A stretch of DNA of 64,000 bases, from positions 23,064,001 to 23,128,000 of the forward strand of contig OZ024750.1 of assembly GCA_964016885.1 (NCBI GenBank). Direction: 5' to 3'. Every line of letters starts with the position of its first letter. The stretch's first letter is position 1. The position numbers and the translations under genes were made by a program. Of this stretch, positions 42,325 to 55,886 are shown piece by piece. The notes beneath the pieces were generated by a model, which did no database searches, was not told the origin of the DNA, and saw only the letters and a list, made by a program, of their open reading frames with translations. This DNA is from Eledone cirrhosa. Its lineage: Eukaryota.

Positions 42325-42931
42325 GTCAGGTCACCAGTTGGTGCTACTGGTAACATGTATCCCAGTACAACCTGTCTCATGGTCGGGTCGTTGGCGACTA
42401 AACTGGCAACCCCACCAAGGTTTCTTGGTGAGGAGGGTGACTTTGGACATCCTGCAGGACTAAAAACAAAACCTGTCAAAGGGCAAAGGAACTCTTAAGA
42501 GTCAATGGCCATCCAAAATCACCGGGAGAGATGACCCCTTAGCCTTTGTCAAGGCAGAATTCTAGGAGAAGGAAAACTCTGATATAACACCTGCAACCCT
42601 GATGGTATCCAATGATGTTGACTTGTTCTTCTTTTTGGTAAATATCATCTTGGTTAAGAGAGTGGGACTGGCTTTGTGCAGTGCCTTTGCTCACTATAAA
42701 AGCTTCACGGAACGGGCATTGCTTTATATCTGGAGATCTCTCTGCACTTGTCGTCACATAGTACCATGGGCCCAGCACTATGTGTCAATAATTGTCACAG
42801 GTGTAGTGTTTGTAACAGAGTTTTCAAGTCGCTGGCTGGACTAAAAAGTCACACTCGTTCAGCGCATCGATAGGGGTTCTCCTACATGGATATAAAGTAG
42901 TGGCCGTACTTGAAAACGAGTTGGCAGCCAC
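42325..42931 (+). mobile_element. Composite element: RTE-type 5' UTR joined to the CRE-like 270-bp tail
   Basis: RTE 5'-UTR-like GATGACCCCTTAGCC...CTAGGAGAAGGAAAACTCTGATATAACACC, followed by 42658-42931, which is the reverse complement of 39460-39733. Confidence 0.55.
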
Positions 42932-43935
42932 CATGTATGCATGTATGTATGTATGCATGCGTGTATGTACGTCTGTCTTTCAGTATATATGTACGTACAT
43001 GTGTATGTATGTATGTACGTCTGTCTGTGTGTATGTATGTATGCAAGTACATGTGTATGTATGTATGTAGGTACGTCTGTCTGTTTGTATGTATGTATGT
43101 AAGCACATGTGTATGTATGCATGTAGGTATGTCTGTATGTATGTAAGCACATGTGTATGTATGCATGTAGGTATGTCTGTCTGTATGTATGTACCTTGGT
43201 GAGGAGGGTGACTTTGGACATCCTGCAGGACTAAAAACAAAACCTGTCAAAGGGCAAAGGAGCTCTTAAGAGTCAATGACCATCCAAAATCACCGGGAGA
43301 GATGACCCCTTAGCCTTTGTCAAGGCAGAATTCTGGGAGAAGGAAAACTCTGATATAACACCTGCAACTCTGATGGTATCCAATGATGTTGACTTGTTCT
43401 TCTTTTTGGTAAATATCATCTTGGTTAAGAGAGTGGGACTGGCTTTGTGCAGTGCCTTTGCTGACTATAAAAGCTTCACAGCACAGGCCTTGCTTTATAT
43501 CTGGAGATCTCTCTGCACTTGTCGTCACATGGTACCATGGGCCCAGCACTATGTGTCAATAATTGTCACAGGTGTAGTGTTTGTACCGGAGTTTTCAAGT
43601 CGCTGGCTGGACTAAAAAGTCACACTTGTTCAGCGCATCGGTAGGGGTTCTCCTACATGGATATAAAGTAGTGGCCGTACTCGAAAACGAGTTGGCAGCC
43701 ACCATGTATGCAAGTATGTATGCATGCGTGTATGTACGTACGTATGTACGTCTGTTTTTCAGTATATATGTACGTACATGTGTATGTATGTATGTATGTA
43801 CGTCTGTTTGTGTGTATGTATGTATGCAAGTACATGTGTATGTATGTATGTAGGTACGTCTGTCTGTTTGTATGTATGTATGTAAGCACATGTGTATGTA
43901 TGCATGTAGGTATGTCTGTCTGTATGTATGTACGT
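42424..43935. repeat. 771-bp tandem duplication (42424-43194; 43195-~43935)
   Basis: Both units begin CTTGGTGAGGAGGGTGAC and include the downstream (TATG)n-derived tract. Confidence 0.92.
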
Positions 43936-44376
43936 ACATGTGTATGTATGTATGTATGTATGTATGCATGTATGTATGTATGTATGTATGTATGTATGTC
44001 AGTATATCTATCAAGCAAGCCAATAATACATGATCAAGCCTAATAATACATGATCAAGCCAATAATACATGATCAACCCTAACATCCATGACAACGTTAT
44101 CGTCTTTTCCAGTGAAACTCGAGTCTCTATTATAAGAAGACACCAGTTATACCGTGTATCCTTTGCATAGCTGCAGTCTTTCTGCTAAATTAAACGATAT
44201 TGATATAAACTCTTATAGGGATTTGCACTATATACATATTTATAAAAAATAATGATGTTATTTACGCTGGATAGTTTATGTAAAGTTCTTAACTGTTCAT
44301 GCGATCTATAGTTCGATGAGATGTGAAGCCTTAATGTCTGTTTGTATTTAGACAAATAGATGATCGTCTGGCCCTT

Positions 44377-44554
44377 CAGTATCGGTAGAGGGTCGGACGC
44401 CATGTTTTGACACATAGAGTTACGGCCCTTGCCATTCTGAGTTCAAATCCCGCCGAGGTTGACTTTGCCTTTCGTCCTTACGGGGTCCATAAAATAAAGA
44501 ACCAGTAATGCACTGGGTAATTGCTGGCCTTGTGACAAACGTAGAAACAATTAT
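44377..44554 (+). mobile_element. Family A SINE
   Basis: Consensus match, slightly 5' truncated. Confidence 0.88.
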
Positions 44555-44831
44555 CACTTTTACTGGGGATAAAAGGGATTTTAATTTCCTGCCCACAGAT
44601 TAGGGATTAACTTTGAGCGGGATGTATTCAAACTCTTCATTGTTTTGTGTATTTGTATCGGTCACGTGGTAATTCACCGCCACAGCAGGCGCCTCTCTCT
44701 TAATGGATTTAAACCTAATAAACATTTTAATAAAGGCTTGGAGATAAAGAAGAAAAAAGGGTGACATTCGTAACAGGGCGATTTCATTGAAAAATATTGC
44801 GTGATTTAAAAGTTCAGCAAAAACATATACA

Positions 44832-44989
<158 letters not shown>

Positions 44990-45209
44990 TTGATTTTCCA
45001 CTGTACAGTCCACACTCAACCACGTCAAATCATGATGTAGGTCACACAACACCATACGACTCTCTCTGTCACTTTCAAGAATAAGTACTGGGATCGATAT
45101 GATTGACTAAACCCCTTCAGGAAGATGCAGGAAGATAACTGCAGGCTAATGGCTGAAACCAATTAAAAAGAACAAAATAAAAAAACAACAGAAAAAGAAA
45201 CCTGTAAGA

Positions 45210-46120
45210 TAACTATGACACTCATAAGATAGCAAAGACATTCATAAGACACTTAAGACAAACATAACATATCTAAGACATTCATAAGACACTTAAGACA
45301 TACATAATATATCTAAGACACTTATAAGACACTTAAGACATACATAACATATCTAAGACACTTATAAGACACTTAAGACATACATAACATATCTAAGACA
45401 TTCATAAGACACTTAAGACATACATAACATATCTAAGGGACTCATAAGATACTTAAGATATACATAACATATCTAAGACACTTATAAGACACTTAAGACA
45501 TTCATAAGACACTTAAGACATACATAACATATCTAAGACATTCATAAGACACTTAAGACATACATAACATATCTAAGGGACTCATAAGATACTTAAGATA
45601 TACATAACATATCTAAGACATTCATAAGACACTTAAGGCATATATAACATAGCTAAGACACTCATAAGACACTTAAGACATACATAACATATCTAAGACA
45701 CTCATAAGACACTTAAAATACACATAACATATATAAGACACTTAAGATACACATAACATATATAAGACACCCACAAGACACTCAAGATACACATAACGTA
45801 TCTAAGACACTCGTAAGATAGCTAAGACACACATAACATATATATATATATAACAGTCTTAAGATAATTAAGGTACTCATAAGATAGTTAAGGCAGTCAT
45901 AAGATAGTCATACGATAGCTAAAACAGTCATAAGTTACCCAAGACATTCATAAGATATATATGATAGTCATAAGATAGTCATAAGACACACATAAGATAC
46001 CCAATACACTCATAAGATATCTAAGACGTGCATAAGATATATATGACAGTCATAAGATACCTAAGGCACCCATAAGATACCTAAGGCACTTATAAGATAC
46101 CTAAGACACTTTGATAAGAT
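45210..46120. repeat. Satellite built from ~10-12-bp TAAGAC(A) subunits (~42-bp higher-order unit)
   Basis: CATAAGACACTTAAGACATACATAACATATCTAAGACA repeats. Confidence 0.9.
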
Positions 46121-46889
46121 AGAAAATAAAATGTAACAAAAGCCTGGTTAATCGTTAGTGAAGGAAATGTGAAGAATTCTGGATATAGGGTTTGAAAGAC
46201 ACAACAAATTAACTTCCAGATATGTTGAGATTGTGAAATCTACCCACTTGCTTCGAACTCCCACCCAATAAGCTCTCACACAATTTACCTAATAATAACG
46301 AGTAGTGGTGTACGTGGAGGTGGTGGTGGTGGTGGTTGTGGGCGGTTGTATAAGCACAGGTATTTCAATAGAAATGACGCAGCTCTAAGATTTCGACTAC
46401 ATGTAAGTATGTTAGTCTCATATGACCTATTTGATTCACTATCATTAAATAGGAATCATAGTAGATGGGGAATTGGTTGGTAGGTTGGTAGGTAAGACGG
46501 ATAAGGGGGATTAACAGACACAGATGTTAGTAAGGTGTTGGTAAAGGGCGGGAGGGAGAGGGGTGGCCAGTGATGGTGGCATTAAAAGAAAGGGTTGTAA
46601 GGAAATGGTACTTAAAAGAAAGCATCACTGGAGAGGGAAGGGTGGGGCTATTGGAGGAAATGGTATTTGGAAGAAAGCATCGCTAGAGAGGGAAGAGGTG
46701 GTGGTGTTGGAGGAAATGGTATTTGGAAGAAAGCTGCAACAGGGAAGGAAGAAGGTGGTGGTGTTGGTGGCAGGAGTGAAAAGGGTTTTGGTGTTGGTTG
46801 GTAAGAAATAGAGTAATGGAAAGGAGAACAATTAAGTCATCATCATCATCATCACCATCATCATCAGTACCTATATCAACAGCATAACG

Positions 46890-47495
46890 AGGGAGTCTCT
46901 ACGTGGTCCTTAAAAATGTTAGAAAAAGCAGCCAAATTTCAGCAAATCACAGCCTTAGAAAAGAGCACGATTGGAATGCTTTTGATCATAGATCAATCTG
47001 GGTTGACCAAGGGCTAAACAACATCATCAGCATCATCATCAACGACATCAATATCTGTGTGGTCCCGTTATCATGCTAGATTTAGCAGCCAAATTATCTC
47101 AAAGCAAACTGTGAAAAGAACGCGCTGGATGCGGTCGTGGGTTCGATGGAGCCGTCACGGCTGGAAAACATTTGAGAATTGGTCAGATATGTCTGACCAG
47201 TTATCATCCTCATTATTATCATCATCCTCATCATCATCATCACCAACGACATCAACAATAACATCAATAGCACCCACATCAGCAGGAAAACAAAGGAGCC
47301 TCTACGTGGTCGTCATTTAACATGCTAGAAATAGCAACCAAATTCCCTCTAATCACACCCTTACCAGTTTAGAAAAAAAACAAAAACATCTCGGATAATG
47401 TGTCCCTGGGTTCTCTCGGTAAAACTGACAAGGTAGACACAACTGAAATACCTTCGATCATACCAGGGCTTACCAGGGGTTAAACTACAACAGTA
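46890..47495 (+). repeat. Three tandem diverged copies of a ~150-200-bp dispersed repeat separated by (CAT)n
   Basis: CTCTACGTGGTC...GCTAGAAATAGCAGCCAAAT...GGGCTAAACAAC; related copies at ~5480, ~20335, ~54940. Confidence 0.65.
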
Positions 47496-47629
47496 TTAAC
47501 AACAACATCTCGAGGGTGGAGAAGATAGGTTGGGGTAGGTGAGGAAAGAGGGGAAGGAAAGAAATGGAACATTACTCAGAATAGGAAGTGTAAAAATACA
47601 CACTAGATTATCTTGATAAAAGACAAGGT

Positions 47630-48370
47630 CAGGGTGGGTAAAGCGAGGGTGGATGAAAGCAGGGTGGGTGGGAGTTGGGTGGGTAAAGCGAGGGTGGATG
47701 AAAGCAGGGTGGGTGGGAGTTGGGTGGGTGAAGCGAGGGTGGATGAAAGCAGGGTGGATGGGAGTTGGGTGGGTAAAGCGAGGGTGGATGAAAGCAGGGT
47801 GGATGGGAGCTGGGTGGGTGAAGCGAGGGTGGATGAAAGCAGGGTGGATGGGAGTTGGGTGGGTGAAGCGAGGGTGGATGAAAGCAGGGTGGATGGGAGT
47901 TGGGTGGGTAAAGCGAGGGTGGATGAAAGCAGGGTGGATGGGAGTTGGGTGGGTAAAGTGAGGGTGGGTGAAAGCAGGGTGGATGGGAGTTGGGTGGGTA
48001 AAGCGAGGGTGGATAAAAGCAGAGTGGATGGGAGTTGGTTGGGTGAAGCGAGGGTGGATGAAAGCAGGGTGGATGGGAGTTGGGTGGGTGAAGCGAGGGT
48101 GGATGAAAGCAGGGTGGATGGGAGTTGGGTGGGTAAAGCGAGGGTGGATAAAAGCAGGGTGGATGGGAGTTGATTGGGTGAAGCGAGGGTGGATGAAAGC
48201 AGGGTGGATGGGAGTTGGGTGGGTAAAGCGAGGGTGGATGAAAGCAGGGTGGATGGGAGTTGGGTGGGTAAAGGAGGGTGGATGAAAACAGGGTGGATGG
48301 GAGTTAAGTGGGTAAAGCGAGGGTGGATGAAAACAGGGTGGATGGGAGTAGGGTGGGTGAAGCGGGAGTG
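47630..48370. repeat. 45-bp G-rich minisatellite x ~16
   Basis: Unit AAGCGAGGGTGGATGAAAGCAGGGTGGATGGGAGTTGGGTGGGT(A/G). Confidence 0.95.
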
Positions 48371-48530
48371 GATGGGAGCAGCGTGGGTGAGAAAAGGCTG
48401 GGGATGAAGTGAGGGTGGGTAGAAGCAAGAGATTCCATAAAGTTGTCTACAAGAGAGAAAATAGGTGATGAGCTTAGCTGATAATTTATGGAGAATGAAT
48501 GATTAGGGGGTGGCTTATACAGTATAAGTA

Positions 48531-48590
<60 letters not shown>

Positions 48591-48665
48591 GTATATATGT
48601 GTGTGTGTGTGACGGTGGATGTGTATGTGTGCGTGCGAGTATATATATATATGTATATGAGGGCC

Positions 48666-48696
<31 letters not shown>

Positions 48697-48701
<5 letters not shown>

Positions 48702-48800
48702 GAAAATGTTTAACCCCGACGGCAGAGCTCTACCGTCGGGGTTAAACATTTCCCTATTACCCACCCTACTAGCCTAAGTATTGAGTACTCTGGTGCGTTA
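48697..48800 (+). mobile_element. PLE-like family P2 end with 62-bp fold-back palindrome
   Basis: Palindrome 48697-48758 centred on GAG|CTC (2 mismatches), followed by TATTACCCACCCTACTAGCCTAAGTATTGAGTACTCTGG; in (TA)n. Confidence 0.7.
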
Positions 48801-48867
48801 TATACAATATATATATGCAAACCTTTATTTGTCTGCCTCTCTGTTTTCGTTCCCGTCCAATTTTGCG

Positions 48868-48940
<73 letters not shown>

Positions 48941-49011
48941 CATTTTGACGCTATAGTCACTTATATATTATGGAATACTGTTGGCTTTTTGCTACAATGT
49001 TTTTCTATACC

Positions 49012-49074
<63 letters not shown>

Positions 49075-49396
49075 GTAAGCGTGGTTTCCAAAATAAAATA
49101 GATTGAAAAATAACTAAACAAATAACTAGATAGATAAGAAAGCGTTAAGAACTCCCAGGCTGGTTGTGTGGTACATTTTATATCTATGCCGTTGGTTGGC
49201 AGGTTGGCTGGCCGGTTGTGACATCAATGAAAATGAAACGAAGAAGCTAACTTTACAAAGAACCAGAGAATGTCATTCTGGTTTTGACGTAATAGGGCAA
49301 TCAAACAACATATCTACAAACACACACACATGAAAGGGCTTTAAATATTGTTTAACTGACGGCAAAAAAAGAAGCATATATATATATATATATATA

Positions 49397-49444
<48 letters not shown>

Positions 49445-49518
49445 TTTGATAACTTTTGATAGGTTTCATTTGGTCAGAATAATTGGCGATAGAGAAAGAG
49501 TGAGAGAGAGAGGGAGAG

Positions 49519-49553
<35 letters not shown>

Positions 49554-49557
<4 letters not shown>

Positions 49558-49708
49558 GTGGACCCTAACCCACCATAGTACTCGATACTTGGGGTAGTAG
49601 AGTGGGTATTAGGAAAAGATTCAGGACCCCGACGGCTGAGCTCCGGCCGTTTCGACAGCTAGCTGTCGAAACGGCCGGAGCTCAGCCGCCGGGGTCCTGA
49701 ATCTTTAC
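49554..49708 (-). mobile_element. PLE-like family P2 end with 92-bp spacerless palindrome
   Basis: Palindrome 49615-49706 centred on CAGCT|AGCTG (1 mismatch). Contains GACAGCTAGCTGTC-GAAAC, resembling hammerhead stem II + GAAA. Confidence 0.7.
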
Positions 49709-49739
49709 AAAGATATATAGATAGATATACATAGATATA

Positions 49740-49883
49740 TTTCTTTATTTACCATAAAGGCATAAAAAGAAGGGACAAATACAAAGGGGGAGTTTACATA
49801 CAATCGAGTAAAAAGGGTATAAAATGAAAATAATCGAAAATAACTTCAAAAGGGAGGGGACGTGATGGGGGTTGCACACACCT
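49740..49883 (-). mobile_element. Tx1/L1-like LINE 3' UTR fragment
   Basis: TTCTTTATT...AAGAAGGGACAAATACAAAGGGGGAGTTTACATACAAT matches 12131-12200. Confidence 0.65.
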
Positions 49884-50208
49884 AGATAGATATACATAGA
49901 TAGACAGGCAAACAGATAGATAAGATAGCTAGCTAGCTAAATAGTTAGATAGGTAGATAGGTAGGTAGGTAGAATGGATGTGGTTTTTCGAGGTTAAAGT
50001 TATGGAATTGCATAACTGCTGCTGATTGGGCTGCACATATATAAAAAATGTTTTGCCCTCTGAAACGATCTTAAAACAATGGAATAAATACTACACTTTG
50101 TCTTTTATCATTGTTCAACTTTATACACACACATCTCTCTCTCTCTCTCTCTCGTAAGAGGTGAGCTAAACCAGCATAGGTGTGATCTGTAGATTTCCTT
50201 TCATTTAC

Positions 50209-50263
<55 letters not shown>

Positions 50264-50854
50264 ACTCACACACACACACGTATATAACAGGAGTAAGAAA
50301 ATGGTGATTGCATAGTTTTCCATATATGATCCCGTTGTTTCTTTTGGTGTTGGTGGTGAGGGACGGGTGGGGGTTTGTTCTTTGTTCTTTTTGAATACCT
50401 AAAAAATGCAAAACAACTATTAAAGAACAAGAGGGGCAGTGGCGATGACTGGGAGTGGAGGGGTGCCTAGAAACTCCCTATTTTGACGTTTTTCATGGGT
50501 TCCATTCAGTTTAGCTACCGTTGTTGCTGTAAGTCTGTTAGTACTGTAATAACTATTTTTGTCCAAAGAATGTTGCCTACAAGCCAAGAATCGTAAGATA
50601 TTTTCATCAAGATGTCTACCCCCCCCCCCGTATTGTATAGTTTAATGGCTGCTGACATAACAGATTTTCTTACCCTTCTCTTTGTTCTCATAAAAACCAT
50701 AATAAAAATTTTCAACGAAAAAAAAGAAGAAAACTAGAGATAAAAGAAGAAAGCTAAGCTGTTCATAGGCGCAGACATGTTTGTGAGCAGGGCCGGCGTT
50801 TTCTTTAGGCCAACTAGGCAGCTGTCTCGGGCGTTGACATCAAAGAGGTGCATT

Positions 50855-51041
50855 GTATGTATGTATGTATGTATGTATGTATGTATGTATGTGTGTATGT
50901 ATGTATGTATGTATGTATGTGTGTATGTATGTATGTATGTATGTGTGTATGTGTGTATGTATGTGTGTATGTATGTATGTATGTATGTGTGTATGTGTGT
51001 ATGTATGTATGTATGTATGTATGTGTGTATGTATGTATGTA

Positions 51042-51072
<31 letters not shown>

Positions 51073-51793
51073 ATGTATGTATGTATGTATGTGTGTATGT
51101 ATGTATGTATGTATGTGTGTATGTATGTATGTATGTATGTATGTGTGTATGTGTGTATGTGTGTATGTATGTATGTATGTATGTATGTGTGTATGTATGT
51201 ATGTATGTGTGTATGTATGTATGTATGTATGTGTGTATGTATGTATGTATGTATGTATGTATGTATGTGTGTATGTGTGTATGTATGTATGTATGTATGT
51301 ATGTATGTATGTATGTGTGTGTGTATGTATGTATGTATGTGTGTATGTATGTATGTATGTATGTATGTATGTATGTATGTATGTGTGTATGTATGTATGT
51401 ATGTGTGTATGTGTGTATGTATGTATGTATGTATGTGTGTATGTGTGTATGTATGTGTGTATGTGTGTGTGTATGTATGTATGTATGTATGTATGTGTGT
51501 ATGTATGTATGTATGTATGTATGTATGTGTGTATGTGTGTATGTGTGTATGTATGTATGTATGTGTGTATGTATGTATGTATGTGTGTATGTATGTGTGT
51601 ATGTATGTATGTATGTATGTATGTGTGTATGTGTGTATGTATGTATGTATGTATGTATGTATGTGTGTATGTGTGTATGTATGTATGTATGTGTGTATGT
51701 GTGTATGTATGTATGTATGTATGTATGTATGTATGTATGTGTGTATGTATGTATGTATGTATGTATGTATGTATGTATGTATGTATGTATGTA

Positions 51794-51824
<31 letters not shown>

Positions 51825-51907
51825 ATGTATGTATGTATGTGTGTATGTATGTATGTATGTATGTATGTATGTATGTATGTATGTATGTATGTATGTATGT
51901 ATGTATG
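50855..51907. repeat. ~1.05-kb (TATG)n/(TG)n microsatellite
   Basis: Read directly; source of the 356-428-aa artefact ORFs. Confidence 0.97.
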
Positions 51908-52556
51908 TTTCTCTTTCTCTTAATTTCGAGTACATTTTTGACCGGCCACCTTCCTGGTGGCAAGGTTGTAAAAGAAAAGAAATTGTCATCCCTTGAATCG
52001 CAAGAATGTTTTGCAAATATTGAAGATGCCGGCTATCGCAGTCATTTGTCGTCTATGAATTAGCGAGCTGCCTTCTTTGTCCACAAATCCAAGTTCAGTC
52101 ATTTTTGGTATGTTTTACATATTTTTACTGTTCCATTTATGTATACATGTATGGCTAGGTGAATCCGTAATGACTGATACTGTCGTAGGGGCGCCATCAT
52201 GATATACGGCGTGAACACAACCGAAAGTGAGAAAGTGATATAGAGGAAGAATCGATCCCACCACTTAACTAGGACTTTATTTATCGATCACGAAAGAATG
52301 AAAGGCAAAGTTGACATCGGCGGGATTTGAACTCAGAGAAAGGAGAGATCCGGAGTGAATACTACATAGCAATTTATCCGACATTCTAAGGGAGATGCAT
52401 TACTGAACATAAATGATCAGTTTTATACAATTTATATAATTAAAATAAATATATAATAATTTCCTGCGATAAATATATAAATTGCTAAAGATCTTTGCTG
52501 CGTAGCCAGCTAGGGTCGTGTCTACAATTAAGGCCAAACTATGCAGCCTAATAGAG

Positions 52557-52700
52557 CAGTGGTCGCCAAACTCTCGGACCTCAGGGACCACTAAATTCAT
52601 AATTTTAAATCCCACGGACCACTAATATGTATTAATAGCCAATGATCGAAACAATACTGAAGAGTACATGTGTCATATTGTCGATAGATGATACATATGG
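52557..52700. mobile_element. One end of a hAT (Charlie-like) element
   Basis: TAATAGAG|CAGTGGTCGCCAAACT with GGACCAC subterminal motifs. Other end not found, so the right boundary is approximate. Confidence 0.55.
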
Positions 52701-53257
52701 GTAAAATTCTGTCATGGATGTAAGTTCTTTACTGAGGAGAAGCATTTTTAAGTGGAGTTATAAAACATATTTAACCTAATATATATATATATGTATGTGT
52801 GTGTGTGTGTGTATAGTACTTCTCTCTCTCTCTATCTCTCTCTCTCTATATATATATATATGCACATAAATGAAAAGGGCGTGAGAAGGTGGAGGAATAC
52901 GGAAGTATTTATAAATGTGCAGATGTAGTTGTTTGTTTAGTTATGATAGGGATGTTGATCTAAGCTAAATCAAGCTGCTATCGTAAGAACCACAACCAAC
53001 CAAAACTACCCGAACCTTCTCGAACGTACCCGACCCGACCCCACCCCACCATTTTTTAAAAAATGGGGTTTCTTAACAAAGTTAAATATCTGCAATCTAG
53101 TTTGTTTAGAAAGCTTTATTTATTTCCTTCCTCCTTTTCTTTGTCACCACTTGTTCACTTCATATTCCATCTTCTCTCTCCACACTCATATAACATATAA
53201 CATACATTTCAAACAACCAACTTATATACAACAGACTTATATACAACTTATATAGCA

Positions 53258-53650
53258 CATATTTCACACAAACTAGTTACATACTACAGACTTGACATAC
53301 TTAGCTATATAGTACATATTTAACGTAGTTAAGCTATATAGCATACATTTCACACAGACTAGTTACATAGTACAGACTTGACATACTAAGCTATATAGCA
53401 CACATTTCACACAGACTAGTTATATAGTACAGACTTGATATACTAAGCTATATAGCATACATTTCACACAGACTAGTTACATAGTACAGACTTGACATAC
53501 TAAGCTATATAGCACACATTTCACACAGACTAGTTACATAGTACAGACTTGATATACTAAATTATATAGCACATATTTAACGTAGCTAAGCTATATAACA
53601 CACATTTCACACCAACCAGTTTATATAGCATTCATTTCACATAGCCAAGC
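53258..53650. repeat. 57-bp minisatellite x ~6
   Basis: Unit CATACATTTCACACAGACTAGTTACATAGTACAGACTTGACATACTAAGCTATATAG. Confidence 0.9.
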
Positions 53651-53947
53651 GTTATATAGACACATTTAACCGTTCATTACTATATTTTTAATGAAAGAGA
53701 TTGTTTGTGATTTTTAAATAATCAAGAATTTGGACGGCTTTAGTAACATAAACTAAATTTCTTATCAAGCTGGTGTTTGGAGCATAACTTAACAAAGATT
53801 CTTACATATTATTATGGAAGAAAGGATATATGTATAGATAGGTGTGTGTGTGTGAATATTTACGCATATATATATTACACACACACACACATACACACAA
53901 ATACATATATATATATATATATATAAATATAAATATATATATATATA

Positions 53948-54044
53948 AGTTTATCCCAGGTTCAATCGGGGGTAACCACAGTAAGTAAGGTACAACTTCC
54001 TGATGATTTCTACCGAATGAAACAGTTCTAGTCCTGTAGAAGCC

Positions 54045-54052
<8 letters not shown>
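53948..54052 (+). mobile_element. PLE-like family P1 insertion in (TA)n: inverted 3' end + hammerhead
   Basis: 53948-53993 is the reverse complement of the P1 3' end seen at 56130-56177; the hammerhead motif follows. Confidence 0.7.
53996..54042 (+). ncRNA. Non-canonical type I hammerhead (family P1)
   Basis: CTTC-CTGATGA-T-TTC-TACC-GAA-T-GAAA-CAG-TTCTAGTC-CTG-TA-GAAG. Stem I CTTC/GAAG, stem III ACAG/CTGT, GUA triplet. Confidence 0.65.
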
Positions 54053-54112
<60 letters not shown>

Positions 54113-55806
54113 GCATAAACACATGTTTTATATGTGTATGCGTGTGCGTTATTTTGTTTCCAAACATCACAGTGGTATATTTACTCTCCATACGACAGAT
54201 CTTTCAGCCATTGTTATGATTTTAGAACTGCCTCCAGGCATTGACCTTAATATCACTTCCAGAAAGTTCGGCAACAGCTATATATATATATATATATATG
54301 TATACATACATATACACACAACCATATATATACAGACACATACGTGTTTGCGTGAAGATACATCACCGAAATTCAACCAATAGTGTTTTAACTAACAGAT
54401 AAACGGTGCTAACATACTGGAACATGCTCCTGTCAAGCAATAGGCCCCCGCGATGACATCTGTTTACTGTTAAGTTTCAAGTAGAACAAACAGATGTTTT
54501 GAGCCTAAATGTATTATAGCAGGCATAAAGTGTCTAGCAATGATATGGCTTAGGGGGCTGTTTGACTTGGTATATACTGTAAGAGAGATGGCGACGATTT
54601 GGCCGAGTCGGATTGAAAGCTTTTTGCGTCAATCGTTCCGGCACTCTGCGCTCAGAGTTCAAATTTCGCCGAAGTCAAATATACTTTTCATCCTTTCAAT
54701 GGCGATAAAAATAGTAGCAATCCAGTATTGGTGTTGATTCTTCCCCTACACCTCATTTTCACTACTGCCACCTTCTCTGGAAGAAGGGGTGAGCTCCGCC
54801 AGGTTTAAAATGCTCGAGACACGCCGTACGACTCCATCAGAAATTACGGGTCCATACTTAAATATTGTAAGAGATCTGGGTGGACTATATACGGTTTTTA
54901 TCGCCGTTTTAAACTTAGGTAGCCTCACAAGTCAATTTGAGGACCTGTACGTGGTCATTCGATGTACTAGATATGATAGCTAGATCTCCTTCAGATCAGA
55001 ATTTAACGTCTTAAAAAAGGTGACAAATTGGATATTGTAGTCAGGAGTATAGTATGCATAGAAAAAAAACTGATGGACTGGGCACGGTTGGAATGTTTTT
55101 GACCGTAGGTCTGTTCGTCCAGGATTGATCTTAGGTTATATACAACAAAAAAGGAAAGGAGCCGATCATCACATCGGATCAAGAAAATATGTATCCATTG
55201 GTTTATTCATCGCTGATACTATTTGCCGGTCGTAATGCCTGGCAGAGGGAGCAACGTGAAATAAAATGTAAATGTTTACTCAAGACTACTACACGCCACT
55301 TGTCCAGGAATCAAACTCACTACCTTATGATCATGGGCGCAACACCGCAAACTCTAAGCCAAGTGCCTTCAAAACACAACAGCAACCGTTTATTTAAGAA
55401 ATAATCGATATCATGTATGTCTTTCTACACAAGAGCTATTATACATTTCCAACTCGGATTATTATCAAATAAATGTTTTTGGTCGTGATGCTCGATCAGT
55501 TTTACTTAAGAGTCTATGTAGTTTTTATAGAGAGAACGTGACTATCCAAGATCATATAAAATGTAAACAGATAAAACAGAGGACTAAGGATCATTACAGA
55601 TACTCGAGATTAGTTTGATTTTTCATCTGATAAATGCTAAAATATCATGTAACAATACAGTAAAATATGAGGAAACCATTGACAGCCTTGGCAAAAAGTA
55701 ATAGAAAGAGCACAAACAGTGGAATATATTTTATGTGGTGGGGAGGGAGTTTAACCTTTTGGACAGAACAGTCGTCTCTCAAGTCCGACATAACTATAGC
55801 ACAATG

Positions 55807-55874
<68 letters not shown>

Positions 55875-55886
55875 TTAATATAGATG

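Noticed and set aside
47496-48428. 310-aa His/Pro ORF
   Set aside because: Translation of the 45-bp minisatellite, which is open in several frames by composition.
50734-52063. Several 356-428-aa ORFs
   Set aside because: Translations of (TATG)n/(TG)n microsatellite.
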